A stretch of DNA of 64,000 bases, taken from positions 27,466,001 to 27,530,000 of the forward strand of contig OZ024760.1 in the NCBI GenBank assembly GCA_964016885.1. The letters are read 5' to 3'. Position 1 is the stretch's first letter; every line of letters starts with the position of its first letter. A program made the position numbers and the translations under genes. The notes under the pieces are model-generated. The model saw only the letters and a list, made by a program, of their open reading frames with translations. It ran no database searches and was not told the DNA's origin. This document shows positions 21,183 through 33,380 of this stretch, piece after piece. The stretch is from Eledone cirrhosa (lineage: Eukaryota).

Positions 21183-22313
21183 TTAATTGTAAGTTGTGAT
21201 GTTGCTGTTCCACTCATATTTTCTATTTAATTTTGGTTGTAATTCTTTTATGTTTATTGCCTCTGTAATTTGTCTAAACATTGCGTCTTTTCTGTGTGTA
21301 GATTCTATTTTTATTTCTATGTTCTCTAATTTACCCTTGTGTTCTATCTTAGCATGTTGGTAGAGTACAGATGATTCTTTATTATCTTGAAGGTCACGCC
21401 AATGTTCATTTATCCGTTCCCCTACACTACGAGCTGTCTCACCTATGTACACTATATTTTTGTCTCTACATTGTCCTTCGGTACATCTTATGCTATACAC
21501 TACATTTCTAGTTTTACAGTTAATATGGGGGCTTATTTTACAGGTTATACATTTCTTATCTATACATGAAGGTCTTTGAAAAGGGTATGTCTTGCTAATA
21601 AGTGTTTTTACGGAGGTACCTGGTCTTTCTACTATCTTAATATTGAGTTTATGTTTATTTAGGGCCCTTCTAAATTTGTAAGCTAGTTCACCTCTAGGGG
21701 TTGTATCGATGAACATTACACTCTGGTATTTATTGCTATCATACCATGAGTTTATTATATTAGCCTTGTTCCTAGTTCTTTCTATTCTATTCCAAAATTT
21801 GCTCCTATACAAGGGGCAGGTCCCATTTATGTCATTATTTACCATTTTTTCCCATTTGGTTCTGGTTCCTCTATACACTCTGATTCTATCTCTCTGATTG
21901 TAGCCAGTGAACTGCATACGGTGGATGAAGTGTTGTATGTGTCTCTCTAGTTCTTCGGGGTTGCACATGCGGGACACATTTCTCATCACCCGTACCAAAT
22001 CCGCAATCAGTATGTTGATTTTGGTATGGTCTGAAATGGCCGAGTTTCGGTGGATCAGATGTTTGGAAGTCATGGGTTTGGCATAATGGGAATGGAGGAT
22101 TTGTTTTTTGTTGTTAATGGTATCTAACCAGAGCTCTGTGTCTAGTACAGGTAATCGATGGTTGGGGTGTTTACTTGGGTAGTCTATAGTAACTCTAATG
22201 CTCTGGTGGATGGAGTTTGCTATTTGCTGGATGCTTTCCATTGTGTTTTTCTCTAGTTCCTGACTGTTCTCTAGTGGGGGTGTTTTAACTACGATGTTTA
22301 TATCATCTACGTA
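21183..22313 (-). pseudogene. PLE RT C-terminus, thumb and GIY-YIG endonuclease
   Basis: RYVDDI upstream of the listed Met; LPVLD, HYAKPM, CIDKKCITC, NVVYSIRC, YIGETARSVGERINEH, RQITEA, PKLN. Confidence 0.9.
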
Positions 22314-24192
22314 GCGTTAAATTTGAACATATGTTCCTTAAGGGTTAGTTTTATGCTGGCCCCTACCGCATGTGCAATCATTTTCTTCAGTTCATCGTGG
22401 TTTTCGGGTGTCCGTGTGGCTCTGGTCCACCCGTTCCATCTATCTGTGTGGGTTTTCTTGGCCATTGAGGTAATGGTAGGTGGTCTGCCTCTTGCTGGTC
22501 TTGTAGGGCACAGGTTGCTAAGGTCATATGTGTCTAGGTAACTATTACTATAGGTAAGCTTAAGTAGGAGTCCTAGCTCACTGGTATCAATCCCACGGAA
22601 CTCAACCTTGCTCTCACTGATCATTTCTACGCATTTCTCCACAGCAAAATCCACGTCAATAGATGGATACAGGGACACAACATCCATACTGCCTATTATG
22701 CAGTTTGTTAGGTCCCCAGATCGGTTACTCACGCCGATTCTGCTGAGGAGGTCCTCCGTGCTGTCACATACATCTGGGGACATTTCAATGATGGGGCGTA
22801 TGATCAGGGAGAGGAAGTAGGACAGTCTGTAGTTACTAGCAATGTTAGCTCCACAGACTGGCCGTGTTGGTGGTCCCGCGACAGGGTCACAGCCCGTTTT
22901 ATGGTCTTTTCGAAGCCCATTCAACGCCGGCACGTCATTGTTCCAGGTCTGGAAGTTGTTGGCAGTCCTTTTGTTGGCCTTCATTATATTCGTCCACATC
23001 ACCATATGGGCATTGAGGGCTTTTTCTCTATCCTCATGCTCCTGTGGTGTTACCTCTCTTGTGTTAGTGATGTGGGGTTGCATTGCCTGGATGTAGTTTG
23101 GCAGGCTGTCAACCGACATTCTGCCAGACTTGTCTGTTGGAAAGCATGCTATCTCTCCATTACGCGAGCGCTGCATGAGCTTACGCAAGCCATTTGCAGA
23201 TTTTTCTCCCAGTTGCTGGGCCTCCATTCTATTATGCTTCTTGCTATACTGTTCTATAATATTTCTAAGTTCGGATCTAGCTATACTAAATTGTGCTTCT
23301 GTTTGTTCATCGACCTGCGACGGCAATTGCGTGCGTTTGTTAAATGGTAAAGTCGTGGCGTGGATTCGTCGCAGGTCGAATGTTTTATCGGAGGGATTAT
23401 AAAACGGAGAGTTCCAGGCTGCTGCTTTATGTGTACTAGTGCTATTTTTATTGTTAGTTGTGTTGTTTCTATTTCTATTTCCACCAACAGCCTCATGGTT
23501 GTTTCTCTGTCTCTCATAATTACTTCTGTCTCTTTCCACTGGCTCATTGTTGTTATCTACCCTATTTTGTGTGTCTGTGTGTTCGTCTTGGTTGTTCTCT
23601 TTGTCCTTAGTCTCCCTTCTCCTTTTAATCCTATTACTTTCCCTTATTTCTGTGATTTCTGTGCTACTGTCATTACTTGTTTTCTGTGTCTGTGTGTTTG
23701 TTAAGATTGTGGTGGTGGTGAGAGGCATTGAATGCGTGTGTGTTGTTGTTGTTGATGTGTGCTGTTGTTGATGTGTGTTGTTGTTGTCTCCGTGTGTGTT
23801 ATTGTTGTTGTGTGTGTTGTTATTGTTGTTTGTGTCTGCGTGTCTGTTGTTGTTGTTTCTGGGTATGTTGTTATTGTTGTTGTTGTTGATGTGTGTGTTG
23901 TTGTTATTGTTGTTTGTGTCTGTGTGTCTGCTGTTGTTGGGATGTGTGTTGTATATGTGTGTGCGTATATTGTTGCTTTTGCTTTTGTTTTTGTTTTTGT
24001 TTTGATGCTCCAGCGTAGTTTTGTAAATGATTTTTCTATTTCTGACAGACAACTAATCATATTTACCTTCTTGAATGTCGCAAATTTCGGGGGCAAACAT
24101 AACACAGACATTTCGTCATTATCTATTATTGCGTTACCATATATATTTGTGTTGTTGTTGTTGAACTCTTCTGTTAATGAGGTGTCGGCCAT
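22307..24192 (-). pseudogene. PLE N-terminal region and RT (first part), frameshifted
   Basis: PTDKSG, GLRKDHK, PTRPVCG, GSMDVVSLYPSID, HMFKFN; N-terminus lies in another frame before an Asn/Thr-rich microsatellite segment. Confidence 0.85.
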
Positions 24193-24202
24193 ATTTATAC
24201 GG

Positions 24203-24234
<32 letters not shown>

Positions 24235-24332
24235 CATGAAGTAATTCCGTCGGAAAAGTCCAGGAAAAAAGAGAGTGCTCTATGTAGGTAACAGAGCTTA
24301 ATAGTTATGTAATAAACAACATAAGGCAATTA

Positions 24333-24390
24333 TTCCATTTACCAGTGGTTTCTTAAAAGCAAAAAAATTTACTTTCAATCATCAGAATGA
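24333..24390 (-). ncRNA. Type I hammerhead ribozyme (mirror copy)
   Basis: Reverse complement of 24481-24540 with few changes. Confidence 0.7.
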
Positions 24391-24480
24391 CAAAAATCCT
24401 GGTCTGTTTATTGATATTGGATTTTAAAAACAAAAAATAAAAAATAAAAAAATTCAATATCAATAATCAGACCAGGATTT

Positions 24481-24540
24481 TTTCATTCTGATGATTGAAA
24501 GCAAAATTTTTTGCTTTTAAGAAACCACTGGTAAATGGAA
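24481..24540 (+). ncRNA. Type I hammerhead ribozyme, GUA site
   Basis: TTTCATT-CTGATGA-TTGAAAGCAAA/TTTGCTTTTAA-GAAA-CC(ACT)GG-TA-AATGGAA. Confidence 0.8.
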
Positions 24541-24565
24541 TAATTGCCTTATGTTGTTTATTACA

Positions 24566-24635
<70 letters not shown>

Positions 24636-24663
24636 CGTATATATATATATATATATATACATA

Positions 24664-25783
24664 TTTCGTTTCTGAATATTTGTTTAGCAAGATTCTTTAT
24701 CTGAAAACGTTGAAAACGTGTGTTGAAACCGATATTTGTATGCTTTCGGAGGGTCATGTTACCAATAAGAAAAACACGCACCAGTTGCTTTCACTCCAAT
24801 TTATTATAAATTAAATTTATAAATTTAAGAATTTATAAATTTCCGGTTGGTTGGTTGGTTCCATTACCGGACGGTTGTTCATATATTGTCAAAGTTCTTT
24901 CGTCACACATGCTGTGACCTCTTCAGTGACTGGGGATTCTTTTCTGCCTCTCCTTTGTTCTGTCCTACGCCATCTTGTTTTTCTGTGTATTGTGTGCTTA
25001 GTTTGCGCATGTGTTACATCCGGGTGTCTGTGTGTGTTTTTATTTGTTTATTTACAAGTTACTGGTTGGTTGTTTGTTCTATGTGTGTGTGTGTTTTCAT
25101 TTTGTCCTTAATTGTAAGTTGTGATGTTGCTGTTCCACTCATATTTTCTATTTAATTTTGGTTGTAATTCTTTTATGTTTATTGCCTCTGTAATTTGTCT
25201 AAACATTGCGTCTTTTCTGTGTGTAGATTCTATTTTTATTTCTATGTTCTCTAATTTACCCTTGTGTTCTATCTTAGCATGTTGGTAGAGTACAGATGAT
25301 TCTTTATTATCTTGAAGGTCACGCCAATGTTCATTTATCCGTTCCCCTACACTACGAGCTGTCTCACCTATGTACACTATATTTTTGTCTCTACATTGTC
25401 CTTCGGTACATCTTATGCTATACACTACATTTTTAGTTTTACAGTTAATATGGGGGCTTATTTTACAGGTTATACATTTCTTATCTATACATGAGGGTCT
25501 TTGAAAAGGGTATGTATTGCTAATAAGTGTTTTTATGGAGGTACCTGGTCTTTCTACTATCTTAATATTAAGTTTATATTTATCTAGGGCCCTTCTATAT
25601 TTGTAAGCTAATTCACCTCTAGGGGTTGTATTGATGAACATTACACTCTGGTATTTATTGCTATCATACCATGAGTTTATTCTATTAACCTTATTCCTAG
25701 TTCTTTCTATTCTATTCCAAAATTTGCTCCTATACAAGGGGCAGGTCCCATTTGTATCATTATTTACTATTTTATCCCATTTG
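24664..25783 (-). mobile_element. Second, 5'-truncated copy of the same PLE (GIY-YIG ORF 25108-25783 plus 3' UTR)
   Basis: Protein nearly identical to 21183-21860; UTR homologous to 20725-21182. Confidence 0.9.
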
Positions 25784-26278
25784 GTCATGCAGAGAAAGTT
25801 TCCAACGACAACATTGGTCTTAGGTGTCGTTAACAGTCAAGGTGACGTCATGCTACCTCACTTCTTCCCTGAGGGCCTCAAGCTGAACACCGATGGCTAC
25901 ATCCGCGTTCTGAGAGAGGTAGTAAAGCCCTGGATCGACCAGGTAGCTGCAGGTAGGCCGTACGTGTGGCAGCAAGCCTCAGCGCCCTGCCATACTAGCC
26001 GAAAGACCCAAGCCTGGCTGTCAGAGAACTTCGTCGACCACACTTCATCTGACATCTGGCATCCCAGCTCGCCTGACTGCAACCCCCTCGACTTCTTTGT
26101 GTGGGGTGCAGTTGAACGAGACACCAACAGATATAGCTGCAATACGAAAGACGATCTGAAAGCCAGGATCACAAGTGCCTTTAGGGGCCTAAGTCGGGGG
26201 ACAGTGACGAAGGCCTGTAGCCGGTTCCTGGGCCGCCTTGAGGCCGTCATCAAAGACAATGGCGGGTTTATCGAGTGA
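25784..26278 (+). pseudogene. Tc1/mariner DD37D (maT-type) transposase C-terminal fragment
   Basis: WQQASAPCH...WHPSSPDCNPLDFFVWG...GGFIE; 37 residues lie between the second catalytic position (mutated to A) and the final D. Confidence 0.85.
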
Positions 26279-26384
26279 GATCGAAAGAACAAGTCACGAA
26301 GACAAACTGACCCAAGTTTGATAAATATATTCAACTGATAATTTATGTTCCTTGGCTATGTCAAAATTTATAAAACACACTTTG

Positions 26385-26446
26385 TATTTTATCTGATGAA
26401 AGCGTATCAAAGTTTTTGGTACCCTTGAAATATATATAATAGAATA
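26385..26446 (+). ncRNA. Minimal type I hammerhead ribozyme in a PLE-like tail (~26350-26700)
   Basis: TATTTTAT-CTGATGA-AAGCGTATCAA/TTGGTACCCTT-GAAA-TATATA-TA-ATAGAATA; downstream tail homologous to 49495-49620. Confidence 0.8.
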
Positions 26447-26701
26447 TATATGGTTTTATAAATATAGTTTCCATTTATTTAATATCATTGAATATTTACT
26501 CCAGAAAACTGTCGAGTGCTCTGAATTAGTTATAAACATTTATATTTGTTGAATTTCCAACAAATTAAATATCCCTTCTGCTTATATATATATATTATTT
26601 TTTTTTTTTTTAGACTCGAAACCGTACGGTAAAGGTAACCACAGCAGGTACAGTGAATTTTTAAAAATTTATTTAAAAACTTTTTCTTATTCGCTAAACC
26701 T

Positions 26702-26779
<78 letters not shown>

Positions 26780-26783
<4 letters not shown>

Positions 26784-27143
26784 AACAAAATAAAATAAAC
26801 AAACAAACAAACAAATAAATAAATATATAGACAGACTGAATAAAAATGGCGTAGACATACAATACAACAGGAGGAAAATATAGCACCACTGACGATGTTG
26901 CAGATGTGCAACGAAAGATTTATGATAAACTATATATATGTGTTTGCGTCTATATTGTATCTGTATTATATTGTATCTGTATTATTTTTGACCGTCGGTC
27001 AGTCAATGGCAACATTGAGGACCGAGTAAGTTAGATTACCGATATAAAAGACACAGAAGCGAGAAGCGAAAACCAACCAAACAGTGAGTGTGTTCTGTTA
27101 TTAATTCTGGCAATATTACACAAATATGACCCTCCCCAAGTAT

Positions 27144-27150
<7 letters not shown>
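26780..27150 (+). mobile_element. 3' UTR/pLTR fragment of a PLE related to 20725-24200
   Basis: Shares AAAATGGCGTAG, AACCAACC and ATGACCCTCC.CAAGTATAACAATAT in the same order as the minus strand of 20780-21040. Confidence 0.5.
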
Positions 27151-27229
<79 letters not shown>

Positions 27230-27408
27230 AACGATGGGTATTAAAAGTGGTTGTTAGAGGAAATAACAAAAATAGCTGATTTACTTTATATATGAAAAGG
27301 TTTACTTCACTTCAGTCAAAAAGAACAATAAACAAGTTACCACGAGTCGCGAAGGTTGACAATGTTATTGTGTTGTTGGTTCATGAGGCTGGTGTAGTCT
27401 GAGACCAG

Positions 27409-27471
<63 letters not shown>

Positions 27472-27725
27472 ATGGTCTGTGGTTGACTGTAGACCTCAGC
27501 GGCCTCTAGTAGGCGGTGAATCTCTCACATAGCTATACTATAGCGTACGGCTCCGATCTCTCTGTATTAGACGTGGGATGATACAGGCTTTATATACCTG
27601 TCGCTTTCTGTCTCCCACCTCGAGGGGATCGCCCACGCATGATCCTGTCCACGCCGGAACGGATGGTGACCTAGAATTTGACTTTTAGGTGTCACCCAAG
27701 GTTCAAGAGCGTGGACAGATTTCGC

Positions 27726-27766
<41 letters not shown>

Positions 27767-27843
27767 GTATGGTTGCATGAAAAATGCGTCCGTAGGCGAT
27801 ATGCCGGTTGAGCACTCGATGCTCGCGTAGAGCAGAGTATAAA

Positions 27844-28118
27844 ACTATAAGGATAAGGAACAAGTATTCAGTGTTGCATCATAACATATTTAATAACATA
27901 TTACACATGTTTCAGTATCGATCAGCTCGAGGCAAGACCCATTATAGATCGAACCTGACTCTGTAATTGAAAGGTCGTCAGATATCCTTAGTATATGAAT
28001 TCGTCTCCTATTCCAGAGTCAGGTCCGACCTATAATAGGTCTTGCCTCGAACTGATCGATAGTGAAACATATGTAATATGTTATGATGCAATATTGAATC
28101 CTTGTTCCTTATCCTTAT

Positions 28119-28120
<2 letters not shown>
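27844..28120. repeat. Imperfect fold-back (~110-120-bp inverted arms, ~50-bp spacer)
   Basis: 27844-27963 versus 28014-28120; the arm contains GAAA-CATATG-TA. Confidence 0.8.
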
Positions 28121-28204
<84 letters not shown>

Positions 28205-28849
28205 TATATACATGCGGATTAATATCCCTCCGTATTTTCCGTATTTTGTCTCACTGTGAAAATGCCAATTCATTAACAATTTTCTTAGCATACGTCATTG
28301 AGTACAAGAAGCCATTGTCGTGTTGCTTATTCTGGAACGCGGCCACCAATCTTCTATTCTTGTTCTTATTCTCTATTTCTGAGCAACAACATTCTCCCCC
28401 TCTCCTCCTCCCACCACCACCACTGCCACCACCACCACAACTTTGACATACAAACTTATCCAAATTTGCCAAATTTACTATATATTTATTCTCGCTATTT
28501 ATCTATCTATCAATCTATCTATCTGCTAGTGTCTGTTCCTCCTTTGTCAATGTTGGTACTAATACACTTGTTATTGTCATGGTTCTTGTTTCCTTATATA
28601 TCCAAAATTAAAGACTTCTTTCTTTAAAAGCCTGATACAGTTTATGTAAATCATTGCACGGAATATATAGAAAATGGTTTGTTATAGAAGGCTGTAGATC
28701 AAACATTAGATACTAAAAATGAAGATATTAACAAATATATTGAAATGTTATCTTAAAAAACAAAAACAAAAACATAACCTTGTCCTTATATTTCGAGTAA
28801 AATATCCATTGAAACTATCTTTAATCTGGTATTCGCGCCAACCCTTAAC

Positions 28850-30245
28850 TTGGGTAATGATTGAAAGAATATGATCGCGAATACAAGCGGCCGAAATGGG
28901 GTTCCTCCGAAGGGTCTTTGGAGTAACGTTACTCGATAGAGAATTGAGAGATCACAGCTACGATACTATGGACAGGTGGTTAGAATATCTCAGGAAAGAT
29001 TCACTGGACAGATTTGTAGCTGGAAGACCAGAGAGTCGCTCCAGGTAGACTGCTACTTCTCCGAATTGAGAGATCATAGCTCTGATACTATGGACATGTG
29101 GTTAGAATGTCTCAAGAAACATCGCTGGACAGATTTGTAGCTCAGAGATCAGAGAGTCACTCCAGGTAGAGCTGCTACTTCTCTGAATTGAGAGATCATA
29201 GCTCTGATACTATGGACATGTGGTTAGAATGTCTCAAGAAACATCGCTGGACAGATTTGTAGCTCAGAGATCAGAGAGTCACTCCAGGTAGAGCTACTAC
29301 TTCTCTGAATTGAGAGATCACAGCTCTGATACTATGGACATGTGGTTAGAATGTCTCAAGAAACATCGCTGGACAGATTTGTAGCTCAGAGAGTCACTCC
29401 AGGTAGAGCTGCTATTTCTCTGAATTGAGAGATCACAGCTCTGATACTATGGACATGTGGTTAGAATGTCTCAAGAAACATCGCTGGACAGATTTGTAGC
29501 TCAGAGATCAGAGAGTCACTCCAGGTAGAGCTGCTACTTCTCTGAATTGAGAGATCACAGCTCTGATACTATGGACATGTGGTTAGAATGTCTCAAGAAA
29601 CATCACTGGACAGATTTGTAGCTCAGAGATCAGAGAGTCACTCCAGGTAGAGCTGCTACTTCTCTGAATTGAGAGATCACAGCTCTGATACTATGGACAT
29701 GTGGTTAGAATGTCTCAGGAAACATCACTGGACAGATTTGTAGCTCAGAGATCAGAGAGTCACTCCAGGTAGAGCTGCTACTTCGCCGAATTGAGAGATC
29801 ACAGCTCTGATACTATGGACATGTGGTTAGAATGTCTCAGGAAACATCGCTGGACAGATTTGTAGCTCGGAGATCAGAGAATCACTCCAGGTAGAGCTGC
29901 TACTTCGCCGAATTGAGAGGTCACAGCTCTGATACTATGGACATGTGGTTAGAATGTCTCAAGAAACATCACTGGACAGATTTGTAGCTCAGAGATCAGA
30001 GAGTCACTCCAGGTAGAGCTGCTACTTCTCTGAATTGAGAGGTCACAGCTCTGATACTGTGGACATGTGGTTAGAATGTGTCAGGAAAGAATCGCTGGAC
30101 ACATTTTACGGGCAAAACCAACTGGCAGGAAACCGAAGAGTAGAGCCAATAACATCCATGAGCTTGGCTGGTCCTGACAGGATCGGCTGGAAGCAGTGTT
30201 TGAGGACTCTGCCCTCACGACCCTCTCAGGAATAAGTGAGAGAAG
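28850..30245 (+). mobile_element. RTE-clade LINE 3' fragment with internal tandem amplification
   Basis: IQAAEMGFLRRVFGVTLLDR, IERSQLRYYGxVVR, PTG.R, LPSRPS; degenerate. Confidence 0.8.
28942..30100 (+). repeat. 122-bp minisatellite (~9.5 copies) derived from RTE coding sequence
   Basis: AATTGAGAG recurs at 28942, 29064, 29186, 29308, 29423, 29545, 29667, 29789, 29911, 30033. Confidence 0.92.
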
Positions 30246-30456
30246 ATATATAGAGTATGTGATGCGCTGAATTACTGATGGTGGCACCAAAATGAGGACG
30301 CGATGCTTTGAAAAGCAGATCGATAACGAAGTCAAGTCCATAACTTCTATGGGTGACCTTGAGCCAACCCTCTGCGAAACCCGCGTAACAGGTCGATACA
30401 CCCCCCCCCAAATATATGCTAACGAAACTTCATCGTTTTTCTTAACACACACACGT

Positions 30457-30530
<74 letters not shown>

Positions 30531-30829
30531 GAAAATATAGAAATTAATGTGAGCAAGAAGTATTTGATAATATATAAGTGACTATAACGTCAAAATGAAA
30601 AAAAATATATATATATATTTATATAAGACAAAGATTACTAAGCAGGGTGGGGGTGGTCTTCTTTATTATGAGATTACAAGGGGTGAGGGTGGTGGTGAGA
30701 TTTGACATCTGGTCAGGAACTTTTTCCAAAGAAAAGGGGAGGTAATTCTAATAATTTCAATAAATTAACAATTAATTTTTTTTAAATTTACAGAAAAATG
30801 TTGCAACGAACCAATCTTACACAGTAACA

Positions 30830-30872
30830 GCTACTACTACCACTACTGCTACCACTACTACTACCACTACTA

Positions 30873-30909
<37 letters not shown>

Positions 30910-31640
30910 CACTATTACTACAACTACTACTACCATTACTACCACTACCTCTACAACTACTACAACTACTAGTACCACTACTACTACTACTTGTACTACT
31001 ACTACCACTACCACCACCACCACCACTACTACCTCTACTACTACCACCACTACTACTACTACCACTACCACTAGTACTACTACTACTACCACTAACATTA
31101 CCACCACTACCACCACCACCACCACTACTAGTACTACACACAAACACAGACACAAACACAGTCACACACACACATATATATATAGTTATACACACACATT
31201 CACACACACAGTCACACACTGTCACACACACACAGTCACACACAGTCACACACAGCAGACACACTCACACAGTCACACAGTCACACACAGCAAACACACT
31301 CACACAGTCACACACAAACATACATTTTCACACACAGTCACACACACAGAGTCACACATACAGTTACACAGCCACACAGTCACACACAGTTACACACAGC
31401 AAACACAGTCACACACAGTCACACACAGCAGACACACTCACACAGTCACACAGTCACCCACTCACACAGTCACACACACATTCACAAACACAAACACACA
31501 CAGTCACATACACAATCACACACAAACCGTCACACACTCACACACAAACACACACAGAGTCACACACACTGTCACAACACAGTCACACACAGTCACACTC
31601 AGTCACACACAGTCACACACAGTCACACACACACACACAG
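30830..31640. repeat. (CTA/CCA)n tract followed by (CA)n/CAGTCACA-rich tract
   Basis: Directly visible. Confidence 0.9.
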
Positions 31641-31719
31641 CCACAGCTATCCTTGACCTTGGTGTATTGTTAACAGCTGTGACGTCCACAAAGTCATCTG
31701 TACTAATTGATCTACTCAT

Positions 31720-32620
31720 TAGTGGCTACTGTGGGGTGGGGTGTGGTAGTGGTAGTGGTAGTGGTGTGGTGATAGTGGTGTGGTGGGGGTGGTAGTTGTA
31801 GATGGTGTGGTGGTGGCAGTGGTCTGGTGGTAGTGCTGATGGTGGTGGTTTTGGTGCTGGTGGTGTTAGTTGTGGGTGGTGTTAGTTGTGGATGGTGTGG
31901 TGGTGGCAGTGGTGTGGTGGTAGTGGTAGTGGTGGTGGGGGTAGTGGTAGTGGTGGTGGTGGTGGTGTTGTGGTGGCGGTGGTGGGGTGTGGGTGGTAGT
32001 TGTGGATGGTGGTGGTGGTGGTGGTGGTGGTGGTAGTGGTGGTGATGGTAGTGGTGGTAGTGGCGGTGGTAGTGGTCGTAGTGGCAGTGGTGGTGGTGGT
32101 AGTGGTGGTATGGTGGTGGTGGTGGTGGTAGTGGTGGTGGTAGTGGTGGTGGTAGTGGTAGTGGTGGTAGTGGTGGTGGTGGTAGTAGTGGTGGTGGTAG
32201 TAGTAGTGGTAGTGGTGGTGGTGGTAGTGGTGGTAGTGGTAGTGGTGGTAGTGGTAGTGGTGGTATGGTGGTGGTAGCGGTCGTAGTGGCAGTGGTGGTG
32301 GTGGTAGTGGTGGTATGGTGGTGGTGGTGGTGGTAGTGGTGGTGGTAGTGGGGGTGGTAGTGGTAGTGGTGGTAGTGGTGGTGGTGGTAGTAGTGGTGGT
32401 GGTAGTAGTAGTGGTAGTGGTGGTGGTGGTAGTGGTGGTAGTGGTAGTGGTGGTAGTGGTAGTGGTAGTGGTAGTGGTGGTGGTAGTGGTGGTGGTGGTA
32501 GTGGTAGTGGTGGTAGTGGTGGTAGTAGTGGTAGTGGTGGTGGTGGTAGTGGTAGTGGTGGTGGTGGTGGTGGTGGTAGTGGTGGTGGTGGTAGAGGTGG
32601 TAGTGGTGGTGGTAGTGGTA
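31720..32620. repeat. (GGT/AGT)n trinucleotide array
   Basis: Directly visible. Confidence 0.95.
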
Positions 32621-32699
32621 AAGGGGGTTAACACACACATACACACCAAGGAAGTATTTGTGGTAAGACTGACCAGGTTGACTACAGACCCATTAATTT

Positions 32700-32875
32700 C
32701 TCGGTAGAGTGTCAGACGCCACGTTTTGCAGCATAGAGTTACGGCCATTTACGTGCTCAGTTCAAATCCCGCTGAGGTTAACTTTGCCTTTCATCCTGAT
32801 GGGGTCGATAAAATAAAGTACCAGTAATACACTGGGATAATTGCTGGCCTTGTGCCCAAAGTAGAAACAATTATA
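32700..32875 (+). mobile_element. tRNA-derived SINE with Meta-type core
   Basis: B-box GTTCAAATCC followed by CTTTGCCTTTCATCCTGATGGGGTCGATAAAATAAAGTACCAG; homologous copies at 47540-47900. Confidence 0.75.
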
Positions 32876-33380
32876 ACAAATAAACAAAAAATAAAATATA
32901 GACGTTTGAAACAGTGATGGGGGGGGGGGGGTGCTGTCCCCCTGGTACCCCCTGACACAAGGCCCTTGCACACACACAGAGCCATACATACACACACACA
33001 TACATACACATCCATACATACACACACACAGACATACATACACATCCACACACACACAGCCACACGCACAGCCATACATAAATACACACATACACACACA
33101 CAACCACACACACAGCCATACATAAATACACACATACATATATATATATATACATACGCATATATACACACACAGATATATACACACACAGCCACACACA
33201 CACTATATGTTACATACGACTGCCAACATTCGGTATAAAACAATCAGTAACAAAGTGAGGAAAATTATTTTATTTTAATTGTAAAGGACAGTTTTTTTTG
33301 TTGGTTTACTGTGGTGGTAGCAGCAGTGAATGGGTCAGTGACGGAGTAACAGTGGGAGGTGGAGAATGTATGTATGTATG

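Larger units (their letters stand above)
20725..24200 (-). mobile_element. Near full-length Penelope-like element (RT, Cys-rich linker, C-terminal GIY-YIG), defective
   Basis: N-terminal LCLPPKF...KLRW, RT and EN motifs, ~460-bp 3' UTR; (TA)n at both ends; the 3' ~1.1 kb recurs at 24664-25783. Confidence 0.88.
24300..24572. mobile_element. Fold-back non-coding unit with mirror-image hammerheads
   Basis: ~120-bp inverted arms around an A-rich spacer; followed by (TA)n. Confidence 0.8.

Noticed and set aside
25631-26278. 215-aa ORF as a genuine gene
   Set aside because: Chance fusion of antisense PLE sequence with a transposase fragment lacking its N-terminus and one catalytic Asp
28102-28627. 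Short ORFs as host exons
   Set aside because: Low complexity and no recognisable domain
30788-32748. Poly-Val/Thr/His/Gly ORFs (also at 56682-57485)
   Set aside because: Trinucleotide repeat translations
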